Origin: a virus
Taxonomy: Duplodnaviria > Caudoviricetes
DNA length: 64,000 bases
Direction: 5' to 3' (one strand)
Virus record (IMG/VR): IMGVR_UViG_3300014208_000023
Location: 256,001-320,000 of that record
The number at the start of each line of letters is the position of its first letter. The first letter of the stretch is position 1. A model generated the notes under the pieces. That model saw nothing but the letters and a program-made list of their open reading frames with translations. It had not been told where the DNA came from and searched no databases. A program made the translations under genes and the position numbers. Shown in pieces: positions 1 to 10,107 of this stretch.

Positions 1-578
1 TGAAGTTTTTTAAGCTTTTCAATTTCATAATATTCTTTAACTGGGTCATCGCTTACTGGGCCACTGCTGCCCATGGCTTGCATCATGGCCATCTGATCTG
101 TTTTAGATAGTGGTGCTCCGGCTGATTCACCGCTCATGTCTATAGGCCCATAATCAGGATCTATGCCAACAAATTCTGATGGATCTGCTGCTCCGCCCTG
201 TATCTTTTCAACTATTGACTTCATTCCTGGCTGCTTAATTCCAGCTCTTTGTTGAAAACTAATTGCTGATTTTGCAAGCTCTGTTTGACGACGCATAGTT
301 TCTTCATCAACTCCATTTTCATCAAAAATTCCGCCAGATGACAAATTTTGGCTAGGCTCTTTTAATTTGCCGCCTTTTCTCAAAGAATAGTTTGATCCTA
401 GCCACTCTTCAACTTGTTCCATAAAAGGCTCGGCCGCCTTCATGAGAGTTTGAAGCTCAACCAAAATATTCTGAAGAGCTTCCTCCATTATATTTTCGCC
501 GCAGAATGGACATACGTTCGTCTTTATGGCGTGAGCGAATTTTGATGGGATAACTTCTTCACACGTTTTACACTTCAT
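1..578 (-). CDS. Hypothetical protein with N-terminal CxxC...CxxC zinc ribbon; partial, runs off window start
   Basis: Not in the ORF track. Manual translation from ATG 578 gives MKCKTCEEVIPSKFAHAIKTNVCPFCGENIMEE..., open to the edge; AAGGA SD upstream. Confidence 0.75.
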   Translation of the reverse strand, partial: MKCKTCEEVIPSKFAHAIKTNVCPFCGENIMEEALQNILVELQTLMKAAEPFMEQVEEWLGSNYSLRKGGKLKEPSQNLSSGGIFDENGVDEETMRRQTELAKSAISFQQRAGIKQPGMKSIVEKIQGGAADPSEFVGIDPDYGPIDMSGESAGAPLSKTDQMAMMQAMGSSGPVSDDPVKEYYEIEKLKKL

Positions 579-596
579 GTCATATTCCTTTTCATA

Positions 597-3500
597 CTAT
601 ATATCATAATCATCGCCAGTTTCATCTTCTTCTTGGTCTAAATCAATGTGTCCGCCATTGAAAAGATCGTCCTCTAAATCACTAATGATATCATCAACAT
701 TATCACTCTTTTTTATATCTATTTTTTCTTTTTTAGACAATCTTTTTACCACTATTTTCTTAGCCTTAAGATCTTCTGGAACCGCTGGAGATGGGCTGGC
801 ATTTAAAAGATCTCTTACAATAACGCCAATTTCATCTTCGTATAAATTAACTGATCCATTGAAATGGATTGACATAGTTGGCTCTAATTTATGTTTAGAA
901 CCAAAAGCATCTTTAATTCTTCTTCTTGCTTCTTTGAGGCTATCAGGGAAAATAGTTATATTTATCTGATCTCCGAACTCATCTTCTATTACGCATTTGG
1001 CCATATCTTGACCAACATATCTTGATGTTTCTTTTTTAATTTTGAATTCAAAAATGCTTTTGATTTCACCTTTGACGTGTGGCAATATTGATTTATCTTT
1101 TTCTTTTTTAATTGCTCTGATCGGGATAGATTTACCATTATAAAATCTTCCATTATCGTAGGCTACTTTTTTGCCACATATGAATGACTCCCCAAGATAC
1201 TTTAGCTCTAAAGCATATAGTTCTGGCCGTGACCATTCATCAAACGCCGGCCAAGCATATTCAAACTGTTCAATTTTTGAATTATGAGTTTTTAGCCAAG
1301 CCTTAAGTTTTTCCCTATAATCAGACGCATATAGATAAATCATTTTACGCGGAATTTTAAATGAATCCAATGCTCCAATTGCCGCTAGTGCCTTAATAGA
1401 TGCGGCGCCAACTTTTTTAGTCTCAACTCGCAACATAAAATCATCAAATGATTTGAATGGGCGCTTCGATAGTATGTCATGCATGGCGTCGTCACCTAGA
1501 AACTTTGCAGCCTCTAGTCCGGTCACTAAAGTGGTGTCATCTTGAATCTTGTAAGATATCTCTGACGCATTTACATCAGGAGGCATAAGTTTCTTACCCA
1601 ATTTACGTAATTCATTCTTTATTTTTAAAGCATTTTCTTCTGCTGTTGGAGCATTAGATTGAAGCTCAAATTTAAGATTCGCCAGCAAGAACTCTAGTGG
1701 AAAATGGGCCTTAAGATAAGCAGTTATATATGATATGAAACTGTAAGTCACGGCGTGTGACTTATTGAAGCTATACTTTCCGTATGGCTCTACAATCTCT
1801 TCCCAAATACGAATGGCGATCTTTTCGTCAATCTTATTTTCTATTGCTCCCTCAATAAACTCTTCTCGCCATTTTTTGGCTTTCTCTGGATTCTTACCTT
1901 TTTCTTTAGTTAATTTTCGAAGCTTATCCGCTTCCGCCAAGTCCCAACCAGAAACGTCCTCTGAAAGAATCAGTAGGCTTTCATCATAGATAGAAAATCC
2001 ATAAGTATCTTTCATGGCCCTCTCAAGAGATGGGTGCATTACTTTAGCTTTCGCTTTTCCATTCTTAACGTTGATCAGATCTTCTCTAATATCCTTGGAT
2101 GCTGGTCTAGCGATGGTCGTAATGATTGCTAGATCTTCAATAGATTTTGGTTTAATGCGACGACAAAGCTCAACTGTTCCGGCAGAAGTTCCGAACTGGA
2201 AGACGCATAAAGTATCGCCCTTGCTAATTAGATCGTATGTTTTTTCATCGTAAGCTTCAAAATCTATTACCGGAACTTCTTTTCCTTGCTCTCTTATGAA
2301 ATCATAAGTTAGATCGATAACATCTAGCGTTTCTAATCCAAGAATATCCATTTTTACAAGACCGACTTCTTCGGACTTATCTTTATCCAACTCAACTACG
2401 GCCGCACCGTTTTTATCTGTTCTAACTGGAACAATATCAGAAAGTGCTCTTGTTCCTATAATAAGTCCTGCTGCGTGCTGAGAAACTGCACGTGGCTTAT
2501 TGCATATTTTTTTGTGTTTTATGAAATCTGGGTTTCTTTTGGCGCTTTCAGCAAAAAGAGCACATTTTTTAATAGCTTCCTCTATGGAAGTGATTTCTTT
2601 TGGTATGTAGTCGGCTACCGTATTACCTAGCAATACGGCGGAGTCTCTTGAGCCTCCCATCTGTAATGATCTTGCTAAATCCTTGATAAAGACCTTGGGA
2701 GTGACTTTGTTTATATTGCTTATCTGCGCAACATTATCTTTACCATATTTAGCAGTTATGTATTTAATGACCTTTTCTCGGCCAGCCTGGGAAAAGTCGC
2801 AGTCTATATCACTATAGCCGGTCTTTAGTTTATTATAGAAACGCTCAAAAACTAGTCCATATTTAATTGGATCTGCGGCGTGAATCTTTAAAAAGAACGC
2901 AACAAGACTTCCGGCAACCGATCCTCGCCCAGGACCGCAAGAAACACCGTTTTGTTTTGCCCAATTAACATAGTCTGCAACTATAAGCATATAGCTGGAA
3001 ATGCCTGTAAAATAGAAGGTGTCTAGCTCTCGCTCTAATCTAGCCCTATACTCAATTTCTTTACCTTTTGGCACCATAATAGAGAATGCCTTTTCACAAA
3101 CAAATCTCAAATAATTTCTGTCTTCATCTTGCTCTAAAACCTTATTTTCTTGTAACTGCTTGGTTGTCCAAGCAACAAAATCTTTGTAATCTGGCTGATG
3201 ACTAACCGGAAATGTCGGAAGCTCTTTGCCGGTTGGATTAGAGAACTTTGGATCTACCCAAGCAGAGGGTTCGCACATATCTGAAATGATTTTAGTATTT
3301 TTGCAAATTGTTTCTGCAAAATCTTCGCCATAATTTCTGCTGAAAAATGTTTTAATCTCATCTTCAGATTTCAAATAAAGTTCAGTTGTATTAAACTTCA
3401 TTCTGGCATTAGAATAAACTGGCTGACCGGATCCGATTGCCAATTCAACATCGTGCGTTTCAGAATCTTCTCTTGAAAGATAATGAGTATTACATGTCGG

Positions 3501-4130
3501 AACAATTTTTATTCCAAGTTTTTTTGCTAATCTAATAATGTGAGTATTGGTAAATACCTGATTTATGGCACCACGATAATGTGTGGCAGAACTAATTGCG
3601 TTATGGGCCTGTATTTCGGCTCCAAGATTTTGGCCAAAAATATCAATTAGTTTTTGTAAGGTTTCTTCTGCCTCATCGAATCTTTTACTGTTGATTAGCT
3701 GGCCAACTATACCATTACCACAAGCAGTAAGGCAAACCAATCCTTCGGAGTATTTTTTCAATAAGCTCCAGTCTATTACTGGCACAACCTTTTTCATTAT
3801 AATGGAGTGCCTATCGAACCCTGCTCTATGTAGTCGGAGTAGATTTTTATATCCCTCAGCGTTTTTTGCAAGCAAAACTACTTGACGTAATTTTTCTTCC
3901 TTATCAGCAAGATCATTTGTAAAATATAATTCGCATCCAGGAATGAACTTCACTCCAGTATCTTTGGATGCTTTATAGCAATCCCATACTCCCGATAAAT
4001 TTCCATAGTCAGAAATGGCTATCGCTTCCTGCCCCAATTCTTTTGCTTTGGCGAAAAGTTCTTTTGGTGACGGAAGCGCTTGAAGAATACTATACTGGCT
4101 GTGATTATGCAGCGAAATGAAACTTGACAT
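597..4130 (-). CDS. dnaE: DNA polymerase III alpha subunit (DnaE-type)
   Basis: PHP start HNHSQYS, GPGRGSVAGS, catalytic SDIDCDF and KMDILGL, FNKSHA, C-terminal OB fold; no intein. Confidence 0.97.
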   Translation of the reverse strand: MSSFISLHNHSQYSILQALPSPKELFAKAKELGQEAIAISDYGNLSGVWDCYKASKDTGVKFIPGCELYFTNDLADKEEKLRQVVLLAKNAEGYKNLLRLHRAGFDRHSIIMKKVVPVIDWSLLKKYSEGLVCLTACGNGIVGQLINSKRFDEAEETLQKLIDIFGQNLGAEIQAHNAISSATHYRGAINQVFTNTHIIRLAKKLGIKIVPTCNTHYLSREDSETHDVELAIGSGQPVYSNARMKFNTTELYLKSEDEIKTFFSRNYGEDFAETICKNTKIISDMCEPSAWVDPKFSNPTGKELPTFPVSHQPDYKDFVAWTTKQLQENKVLEQDEDRNYLRFVCEKAFSIMVPKGKEIEYRARLERELDTFYFTGISSYMLIVADYVNWAKQNGVSCGPGRGSVAGSLVAFFLKIHAADPIKYGLVFERFYNKLKTGYSDIDCDFSQAGREKVIKYITAKYGKDNVAQISNINKVTPKVFIKDLARSLQMGGSRDSAVLLGNTVADYIPKEITSIEEAIKKCALFAESAKRNPDFIKHKKICNKPRAVSQHAAGLIIGTRALSDIVPVRTDKNGAAVVELDKDKSEEVGLVKMDILGLETLDVIDLTYDFIREQGKEVPVIDFEAYDEKTYDLISKGDTLCVFQFGTSAGTVELCRRIKPKSIEDLAIITTIARPASKDIREDLINVKNGKAKAKVMHPSLERAMKDTYGFSIYDESLLILSEDVSGWDLAEADKLRKLTKEKGKNPEKAKKWREEFIEGAIENKIDEKIAIRIWEEIVEPYGKYSFNKSHAVTYSFISYITAYLKAHFPLEFLLANLKFELQSNAPTAEENALKIKNELRKLGKKLMPPDVNASEISYKIQDDTTLVTGLEAAKFLGDDAMHDILSKRPFKSFDDFMLRVETKKVGAASIKALAAIGALDSFKIPRKMIYLYASDYREKLKAWLKTHNSKIEQFEYAWPAFDEWSRPELYALELKYLGESFICGKKVAYDNGRFYNGKSIPIRAIKKEKDKSILPHVKGEIKSIFEFKIKKETSRYVGQDMAKCVIEDEFGDQINITIFPDSLKEARRRIKDAFGSKHKLEPTMSIHFNGSVNLYEDEIGVIVRDLLNASPSPAVPEDLKAKKIVVKRLSKKEKIDIKKSDNVDDIISDLEDDLFNGGHIDLDQEEDETGDDYDI
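598..606 (-). promoter_or_regulatory. TGATATATA promoter-like motif
   Basis: Overlaps the dnaE stop, 19 nt upstream of ATG 578; same motif precedes several other genes. Confidence 0.45.
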
Positions 4131-4163
4131 ATACTTACCTTATATCTTGCTGGCGTTGGTGGT

Positions 4164-4847
4164 TTATCGATTTGATTTTGACGAAATCAAACTTCTAACT
4201 ACCTTGGTAGATAAGTCGTTCTTTTCATCATAAATAATCTTCATCGTTTTAAATTTTTCTTTCCAGAAATCTTTATCTTCAGGAATTCTGGTTAAAAGAT
4301 ATTTGAGCTCAGCCGGCCCCAATTTCTTTTTCTTATAGAGAGCATGGGCAACGGTTTTTACCGCTTCCCAATGATTGATTAGAAATTTTTCAACTTCTTC
4401 ACGAATTTCTTGCTTAAGGGCAAAAGTATTTTTTCCTCCCTCAGCTAATTTATATTTCCTAATTAATTTAGAAGCTCTGGAAGTATCTTCTGATGATCCA
4501 TTCTTAAGATGCATTGGAAATTTGCCAGAACCGCAAATGTCCTTGTAATACATTTTTTCTCCTACAAGTCCGGCATAAAATGTTTTAATTTCAGACATTA
4601 ATAGGATATTTTTCAATTTTTCATCATGCGCCTGATCCACATTATGAATATCATAATGAGTATAGCCTTCTTGACTGTCAATAATATTGACCATATCAAC
4701 CATTATAAGATGGCCTAAAGCTACTATTGTATGAGAGGCTTCGTGATAAGATGTTGCTATTAAGCCATAATCATTGGCTTGTTGTTTGGCTACTGATAGT
4801 TTATTAGCTTTCCGCTTGACTTTAGGGGACCTTGGCTTAAAAATCAT
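4164..4847 (-). CDS. Stand-alone peptidase M41 (FtsH-protease-like) domain protein
   Basis: TSYHEASH (HExxH) and YAGLVGE, resembling the FtsH LAGRAAE segment; no AAA or TM domain. Confidence 0.7.
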   Translation of the reverse strand: MIFKPRSPKVKRKANKLSVAKQQANDYGLIATSYHEASHTIVALGHLIMVDMVNIIDSQEGYTHYDIHNVDQAHDEKLKNILLMSEIKTFYAGLVGEKMYYKDICGSGKFPMHLKNGSSEDTSRASKLIRKYKLAEGGKNTFALKQEIREEVEKFLINHWEAVKTVAHALYKKKKLGPAELKYLLTRIPEDKDFWKEKFKTMKIIYDEKNDLSTKVVRSLISSKSNR

Positions 4848-4848
4848 C

Positions 4849-5139
4849 CTACATCTCCTGTATTATAGCCTCCAACTTACCTAACTCTTCTAAACAATTA
4901 GGGTTTTTGCATTTTATCTGCAATCGGTTATTACCTATAGCCCCGATGGCAACTAAACTCGTACCCTCTAAATAGAATAAGCCACTATTAGTATAAGATT
5001 TTTTTTCTCTATATCCTAAAGAAATAAAATGTGGTAAGTCCGCGAAACTTAAAGAGAAGTTAAGCTCAAGGAATATTTCCTTTTTATAGCACTTGCAAGC
5101 CGCTTCAGATACTATTCTCTTAACTTCTCTTTTTGCCAT
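4849..5139 (-). CDS. Hypothetical protein
   Basis: 96-aa ORF tightly packed in the operon. Confidence 0.7.
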   Translation of the reverse strand: MAKREVKRIVSEAACKCYKKEIFLELNFSLSFADLPHFISLGYREKKSYTNSGLFYLEGTSLVAIGAIGNNRLQIKCKNPNCLEELGKLEAIIQEM

Positions 5140-5140
5140 A

Positions 5141-5431
5141 TCACACTTCTTCTTTACCGATTTCGAGTCCTCTTTCTTCTAGGACCCAAAGGCAATACTT
5201 GATTTTTGCTGCCTCTTGTTTTTTAGTATCTTTATATGGCTGAGTCATTTCTTTAAGTTCAGTTTTAGCATCAAGAATTTTTTCGTTGCTTGATAGATCG
5301 TCTTCAACTTTATAGATGTTTCCCTCAGCTTCTAGAATGCGCTCATTAATTTCTTCTGCCGACATTGCGTTGATGTTGTCGGCAAATTCTGCTGGCAATT
5401 TAGTAGATAGATTTTTTGGAAATACTTTCAT
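5141..5431 (-). CDS. Hypothetical coiled-coil protein
   Basis: 96-aa charged helical ORF with AAGGT SD. Confidence 0.75.
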   Translation of the reverse strand: MKVFPKNLSTKLPAEFADNINAMSAEEINERILEAEGNIYKVEDDLSSNEKILDAKTELKEMTQPYKDTKKQEAAKIKYCLWVLEERGLEIGKEEV

Positions 5432-5439
5432 GACTTACC

Positions 5440-6792
5440 TTATTCAATAATGTTACAATTTTTGAGAATGAAGTTTAATGTGAATTCGTCTTTAATTCTG
5501 CTTAAAAACATTGACATCTGACCTTTTTGATAAATGTCCTGCATTACTCGATCTGGATCTTGAGTGTATTGGGAAATGTTTTTCTTACCCATAGCCAACA
5601 TCTCCTCGTCAGTTAGCTGGGCCTCTGGCTCTTCATCTTGAATTTTTCCAAGTATAAGAGATAGCTTAATTCCATCCTCCGCATCTTTAATTCGTTTTGC
5701 CTTATCCTCTTCTGTCAATGAATCCCATGCCTGCTTTTGCATTTCGGCTTGAACCTTGGCTTCAGGAAGTGAAATCCATTCTGGAATTTTGAACTCATGA
5801 TTACTTATTAGTCTACGACCAATTTGATCTTGATAATGTCCATTCTCCATTCCCTGGATTTTGGCCCCAGCTACGCCCTTAACCTGCGTCTGTAGGGCCT
5901 CAAAGTTCTCAAGCCCAATTCTTTGAGCTAACTCATCGTCTAGTGCTGCCGGAGTCTTTTTAGAGCCTCCAACTAATTTGACTTTGAATTTCAATTCTTT
6001 TCCAAGAAATTCCGGATCAAAGTCCTTATCAGGGGCGGTAAGAGTAAATTCCCTTTCGTCCCCAGGCTTCATACCAAGAATATTATCATCAAATCCTGGA
6101 ACGTTAATTCGTCCAACTTCCAATACGGTTCCTTCTGATGATAGGCGCTCGATTGGTTCATCGCCCATAAACGTGCTGTATTGAACAACGATACTGTCAG
6201 TTAATTGAACAAAATCATCTTCGCCATAAGGAACTGATGTAGAATGCTCCATTCTCAATTCCTGAAGAATCTGCTGTGATAATTCCTCTATTCCGGTTCC
6301 GGAACTATGTTTTGGAAGGTCAAATCCCTTATATTCCTTAAGCTCAAACTCTGGTAGTGTATGAACTGAAAATTCACAATCAAAATTATTTCCCTCTATG
6401 ACTGAGGAGATAACCTGTGGTCCGCCAAAAGGCTTGATGTTCTTTTCTGTAACGGCATCAGCAAATGCTTTATTTAGCATTTCTTGCTTTAGATGCCCTT
6501 CTAGCTCGCGTGGAAAAGAGAGGCGAATAGCTTCTGGAGTAGCCTTGCCTTTTCGGTATCCTTTTACCTCATAAGTCTTGGCCATTTCTTTGGCTACAAA
6601 ATTCTTTCTTTCCTTTACAACTTCGGTTGAGGCCTGATACTTTATTGCCTGCTTGCAATACTCTATTTCAGAAACTTCAATTTCCATTTCACGCTCACGT
6701 GCACGTGTGGATGAGGCCGATGACGCTGATGGCATCGTAATTATGTGTTTGCCGCTTGGTAGTTTTTCTGTGTTAATTATTAAATTGCTCAT
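5440..6792 (-). CDS. tig: Trigger factor (ribosome-associated chaperone/FKBP PPIase) with ~35-aa N-terminal extension
   Basis: GYRKGKAT variant of GFRxGxxP; FKBP segment PGFDDNILGMKPGDEREFTLT; SurA-like C-terminal domain; ATG 6792 overlaps upstream TGA. Confidence 0.9.
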   Translation of the reverse strand: MSNLIINTEKLPSGKHIITMPSASSASSTRAREREMEIEVSEIEYCKQAIKYQASTEVVKERKNFVAKEMAKTYEVKGYRKGKATPEAIRLSFPRELEGHLKQEMLNKAFADAVTEKNIKPFGGPQVISSVIEGNNFDCEFSVHTLPEFELKEYKGFDLPKHSSGTGIEELSQQILQELRMEHSTSVPYGEDDFVQLTDSIVVQYSTFMGDEPIERLSSEGTVLEVGRINVPGFDDNILGMKPGDEREFTLTAPDKDFDPEFLGKELKFKVKLVGGSKKTPAALDDELAQRIGLENFEALQTQVKGVAGAKIQGMENGHYQDQIGRRLISNHEFKIPEWISLPEAKVQAEMQKQAWDSLTEEDKAKRIKDAEDGIKLSLILGKIQDEEPEAQLTDEEMLAMGKKNISQYTQDPDRVMQDIYQKGQMSMFLSRIKDEFTLNFILKNCNIIE

Positions 6793-7568
6793 GTCCAACT
6801 TGTTTCTCCACTTTTAATCGGTTTAGGTAATACGGCCTTTTTGCCTTCAGAACAATGATCTAGGAACCCGCACCAGTTACATAAATAAGATGCGCTGGGT
6901 TGAAATTCTTTTTCATTCTGCATGTCTTGTGCAAAATTTATGAAAGTTTGCTTCATCTCCATTATTTCTTGCCTATTAAACTCTTTGGTTATACAGCAAA
7001 ATCCATGACGAAGAAACATATATGAACACCTTATAGTTTGTAGGGACGGATCTTCTGTCATCATTACGTAACTATAAACTTGCATCTGGAAGAAATCATC
7101 TTCATAATACTTCATATTCTTTGAAGTTTTATAGTCTAGAACATGCAGCATACCGTCAGGGTCTTTTTGGCACCTATCTATCATGCCTATGAGTGTTACT
7201 ACACCATCTATATCAAGTTTAAAATTCTTCTCGACACCAATAATTTCTGCTGGGGTTTCTTGGGCTGCAAGAATTTGCAGATACTCGTCGATAGTTCTAT
7301 AGGCCTCCTTCATATCGTCTTCCGATAGTTTGGCGCCATACTTTTTCTGAGCTTCTTTGAAGCACTTTCCCATAGTTTGACTTTGATTAATGCTTGCATC
7401 TGCCATTAAAGCAAGGTGAAAATCCTCTAGCACCATGTGGAGCATTTTACCATAGTCAAAAAACAAAAAGTCTTTTGGCTTTAGTTTAAGGAGATAATTG
7501 TATTCGAATTTTTTTTTACAACTCTCAAAGGTTTTGGCCTTTGAAACGCTTATTTTGTATAATGACAT
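6789..7568 (-). CDS. PD-(D/E)XK RecB/Cas4-like nuclease with probable Fe-S cluster
   Basis: GMIDR...LDYKT...QMQVY; N-terminal Cys (FESC) plus C-terminal CNWCGFLDHC. Confidence 0.85.
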   Translation of the reverse strand: MSLYKISVSKAKTFESCKKKFEYNYLLKLKPKDFLFFDYGKMLHMVLEDFHLALMADASINQSQTMGKCFKEAQKKYGAKLSEDDMKEAYRTIDEYLQILAAQETPAEIIGVEKNFKLDIDGVVTLIGMIDRCQKDPDGMLHVLDYKTSKNMKYYEDDFFQMQVYSYVMMTEDPSLQTIRCSYMFLRHGFCCITKEFNRQEIMEMKQTFINFAQDMQNEKEFQPSASYLCNWCGFLDHCSEGKKAVLPKPIKSGETSWT

Positions 7569-7581
7569 TTTTCTTACTTAC

Positions 7582-7590
7582 TATATATCA
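7582..7590 (-). promoter_or_regulatory. TGATATATA promoter-like motif
   Basis: In the intergenic gap, 13 nt upstream of ATG 7568. Confidence 0.5.
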
Positions 7591-7595
7591 GGCAC

Positions 7596-8207
7596 TTATT
7601 CTACGACGTTATGTCGCCGCTTTTGGCATCCATCTAAATTATTTTGCTTTGCAGAGAGTGGCCGTAAATTTGATAGGCTCCAGCATTTTTTAAATTGCTC
7701 ACATTCTGTATTTTCATAATGAAAAATAGAATGAGGGACAATATGATCTAGTTGCCACGTCCAGGTTAAAGGATTATTATCATCCCAAGTTTTTGAGCTA
7801 TATCTTCCTTGGTTTCCCCAATTCATCCAGGGTTCAAACAATAACTCTATGTGTGTTTTTAATTCTTCTAATGAATATGGTAAATTTGCAATAAAAGAAT
7901 TGCCCTTCTTCGTCGAGCCTCTTTGTTTAAAATAAGCTCTAACTTGCCTAGATATGTTGCTTCTGAAACGGAAAACTGAATCAGTTTCTCTTTTCATTCG
8001 ACGATATTTCTTTTTAGCTTTTCTATTTATCTCAGGATTTTCTTTACTATATTGCTTGCTCTTTGCTAATAGAGCGGATTTATTGTTCTTATAATAGATT
8101 CTAGCAATTAAAGCAGCACAAGCCATGCACTCTCCTCGGCCTTGCCTAAAGAGATCTAATGATTTTTCTAATCCGCAAGGACCCTTACATCTTTTCAATT
8201 GATCCAA
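7596..8207 (-). mobile_element. Free-standing HNH-family putative homing endonuclease (TTG start)
   Basis: N-terminal CxxxC/CxxC; WQLDHIVPHS...WSLSNLRPL; paralogous to 33547-34437. Confidence 0.75.
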
Positions 8208-8216
8208 AAACTAAAA

Positions 8217-9191
8217 TTACATTAACGTACGTCTCATCCACAGGTGCCAAGGATAAACATGGACGCTTCCGGGTTCGCGTCCGAAAACTAAATTACTAAA
8301 ACTATTTAGACTTGGTTCAGTTGGCGTGTATTGCCATTCGCTTATGATCCACCTATTAACGGCGCTATCTCTATAATAAGTCTTCATAGTTCCAGTATTT
8401 GGATTGTAATGTGACTTTATAAATGATCCGGTTATTGTTGGAGAATTTAAGTTGTGTGTCGAAAGTAATATTCCATCTTTTATCAATTCAGGATTTTCTA
8501 AAGAAAAATGAGGCCTATTGATTATGGTTGGAGTTAGCAGATCAGTATTAGACGCATCGTGATAAATAACTAATGCTTTTGGATTAAATAATTTATCATT
8601 ATTGCTTGAAAATTCCTGAACAAATTCTATTGGTCCATTTTTCCCAATAACACTTACGTTCTTATCTTTTATCTGTGGTGGTGCGCCAAACACATCAATT
8701 GGGTCATTACTGAATGATGCCGGATTTCCGCTTTCATCGTATCCATTTGGAACTGAAGGTAATGATTGGTCATATATTGTATTGGCGGAGCTACCTACGC
8801 CAGTATATTGAGTATTTGATCCTGGATTGGTCGTTCCAAAAGGAAACAAACTATTTCCATTAGCGGAGTTACCTATGCTAGCTTGTGTTGCTTGTGGAAA
8901 CTTGGCGCCACCACTAAAATTTACTACGGAAGAAAGGTCTCCGGTAAAGGTTTGCGAAACTACTGATGATGTATTCGTTCCATCAGTTGCCAATACATTT
9001 AATGTAACCTGCGAAAGGGATGATGGCAGCCTTATTGGTGATACATAAACTGATGAATTTGTGTTAGGTAATGTTCCATCTATCGTGAAAAATACGACCG
9101 CAGGAATGTTTGTTGAAACAGTTATTGTGTCTGGGATGCCACGAAGAGTCTCGTGGGCTGATTGTGTTAGCGTTAGTGAAATTACTGACAC
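8217..9191 (-). CDS. Probable virion structural protein with N-terminal chitobiase/Fn3-associated Ig-like domain
   Basis: VVFFTIDGTLPNTNSSVYVSPI resembles the IxYTxDGxxP..S..Y..PI motif; S/T/N/G-rich. Confidence 0.55.
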   Translation of the reverse strand: MSVISLTLTQSAHETLRGIPDTITVSTNIPAVVFFTIDGTLPNTNSSVYVSPIRLPSSLSQVTLNVLATDGTNTSSVVSQTFTGDLSSVVNFSGGAKFPQATQASIGNSANGNSLFPFGTTNPGSNTQYTGVGSSANTIYDQSLPSVPNGYDESGNPASFSNDPIDVFGAPPQIKDKNVSVIGKNGPIEFVQEFSSNNDKLFNPKALVIYHDASNTDLLTPTIINRPHFSLENPELIKDGILLSTHNLNSPTITGSFIKSHYNPNTGTMKTYYRDSAVNRWIISEWQYTPTEPSLNSFSNLVFGREPGSVHVYPWHLWMRRTLM

Positions 9192-9500
9192 TTACTCCAC
9201 CAAATTCAGAAATTTATTACTTCTTTTGATTAATTTTTGTTTAACCATCATTCTATAGGCTTTGTGTGCCGCCCTACGGAATGCATATGATATTAATTTA
9301 TAGCTTTCTTTGTTTTCACGCCTATATATTTGCATGAATTGATTTGAATAATTTAAAAGCTCTACTTCTGGGCTAGGGCCTTTATTAATCGTATTTTCAG
9401 AAATACGAGCTTGAGCATATCTAAAAAGTATTAGATAAAATTCTTCCGGGCCAGCGGTTTCGAATTTTTCAATGAAATGTTGTTTTGAAGTATTTTGCAT
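9192..9500 (-). CDS. Hypothetical protein
   Basis: 102-aa ORF abutting neighbours. Confidence 0.7.
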   Translation of the reverse strand: MQNTSKQHFIEKFETAGPEEFYLILFRYAQARISENTINKGPSPEVELLNYSNQFMQIYRRENKESYKLISYAFRRAAHKAYRMMVKQKLIKRSNKFLNLVE

Positions 9501-9512
9501 CTGCTTCTTAAA

Positions 9513-10106
9513 CTATACTAATTTATGAACTATTATTTCGGCTTGACGAGCTAAATCATTGAGTGATCCATTATTTTCTATAACATGATCAAAAAATGTG
9601 TCAGGTATTTCTAACTGTGCCGTTTCCGATATGTCATCTATTTGAGGAACTCCAGGCCTTTTTAATCGAACCATACAAAATCCATGGCTCTTTAAGTAAT
9701 TGATTTCATTAGGAAATCTGACATCTGAAACGACATAAACCTTTAATGATTTATTTTTATCCGCATCTTGAACCAATGCATTTAGCCAAATATCTGTATT
9801 GTATTTTCGGCCAAGAGTGCCTATATCCATAAGCATTTTTCTATAGGTTAGAGGTTGCTCATTTAAGTCCCTAAAATCTCCGGGAACTAATTTTGACCTT
9901 AACTCGCTTTCTCCCCATAGGCATTGAGGGTCTGCATTCGGAATCATTTGCATTACTATATTTTTGATTGGATCCGCGACCGCAACTATTTTGTGGTCAT
10001 TAACGAATTCGCTAGATACGCTTATTGGGATTATATTTTCCACGATCATTTGCGCTAAAGTATTTTTTCCCGTTCGCGCTTGTCCTGAAATTGCTATTTT
10101 TATCAT
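9513..10106 (-). CDS. Deoxynucleoside monophosphate kinase (T4 gp1-like)
   Basis: P-loop SGQARTGKNT, ADPIK, VVSDVRFPNE, HISE-like DISET. Confidence 0.85.
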   Translation of the reverse strand: MIKIAISGQARTGKNTLAQMIVENIIPISVSSEFVNDHKIVAVADPIKNIVMQMIPNADPQCLWGESELRSKLVPGDFRDLNEQPLTYRKMLMDIGTLGRKYNTDIWLNALVQDADKNKSLKVYVVSDVRFPNEINYLKSHGFCMVRLKRPGVPQIDDISETAQLEIPDTFFDHVIENNGSLNDLARQAEIIVHKLV

Positions 10107-10107
10107 T

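Noticed and set aside
597-4130. Possible intein in dnaE
   Set aside because: Length is normal for DnaE and there are no C...HN splice motifs or LAGLIDADG block.
6696-6707. Perfect 12-bp palindrome CACGTGCACGTG
   Set aside because: A single copy inside the translated trigger-factor extension (TRARE); no supporting context.
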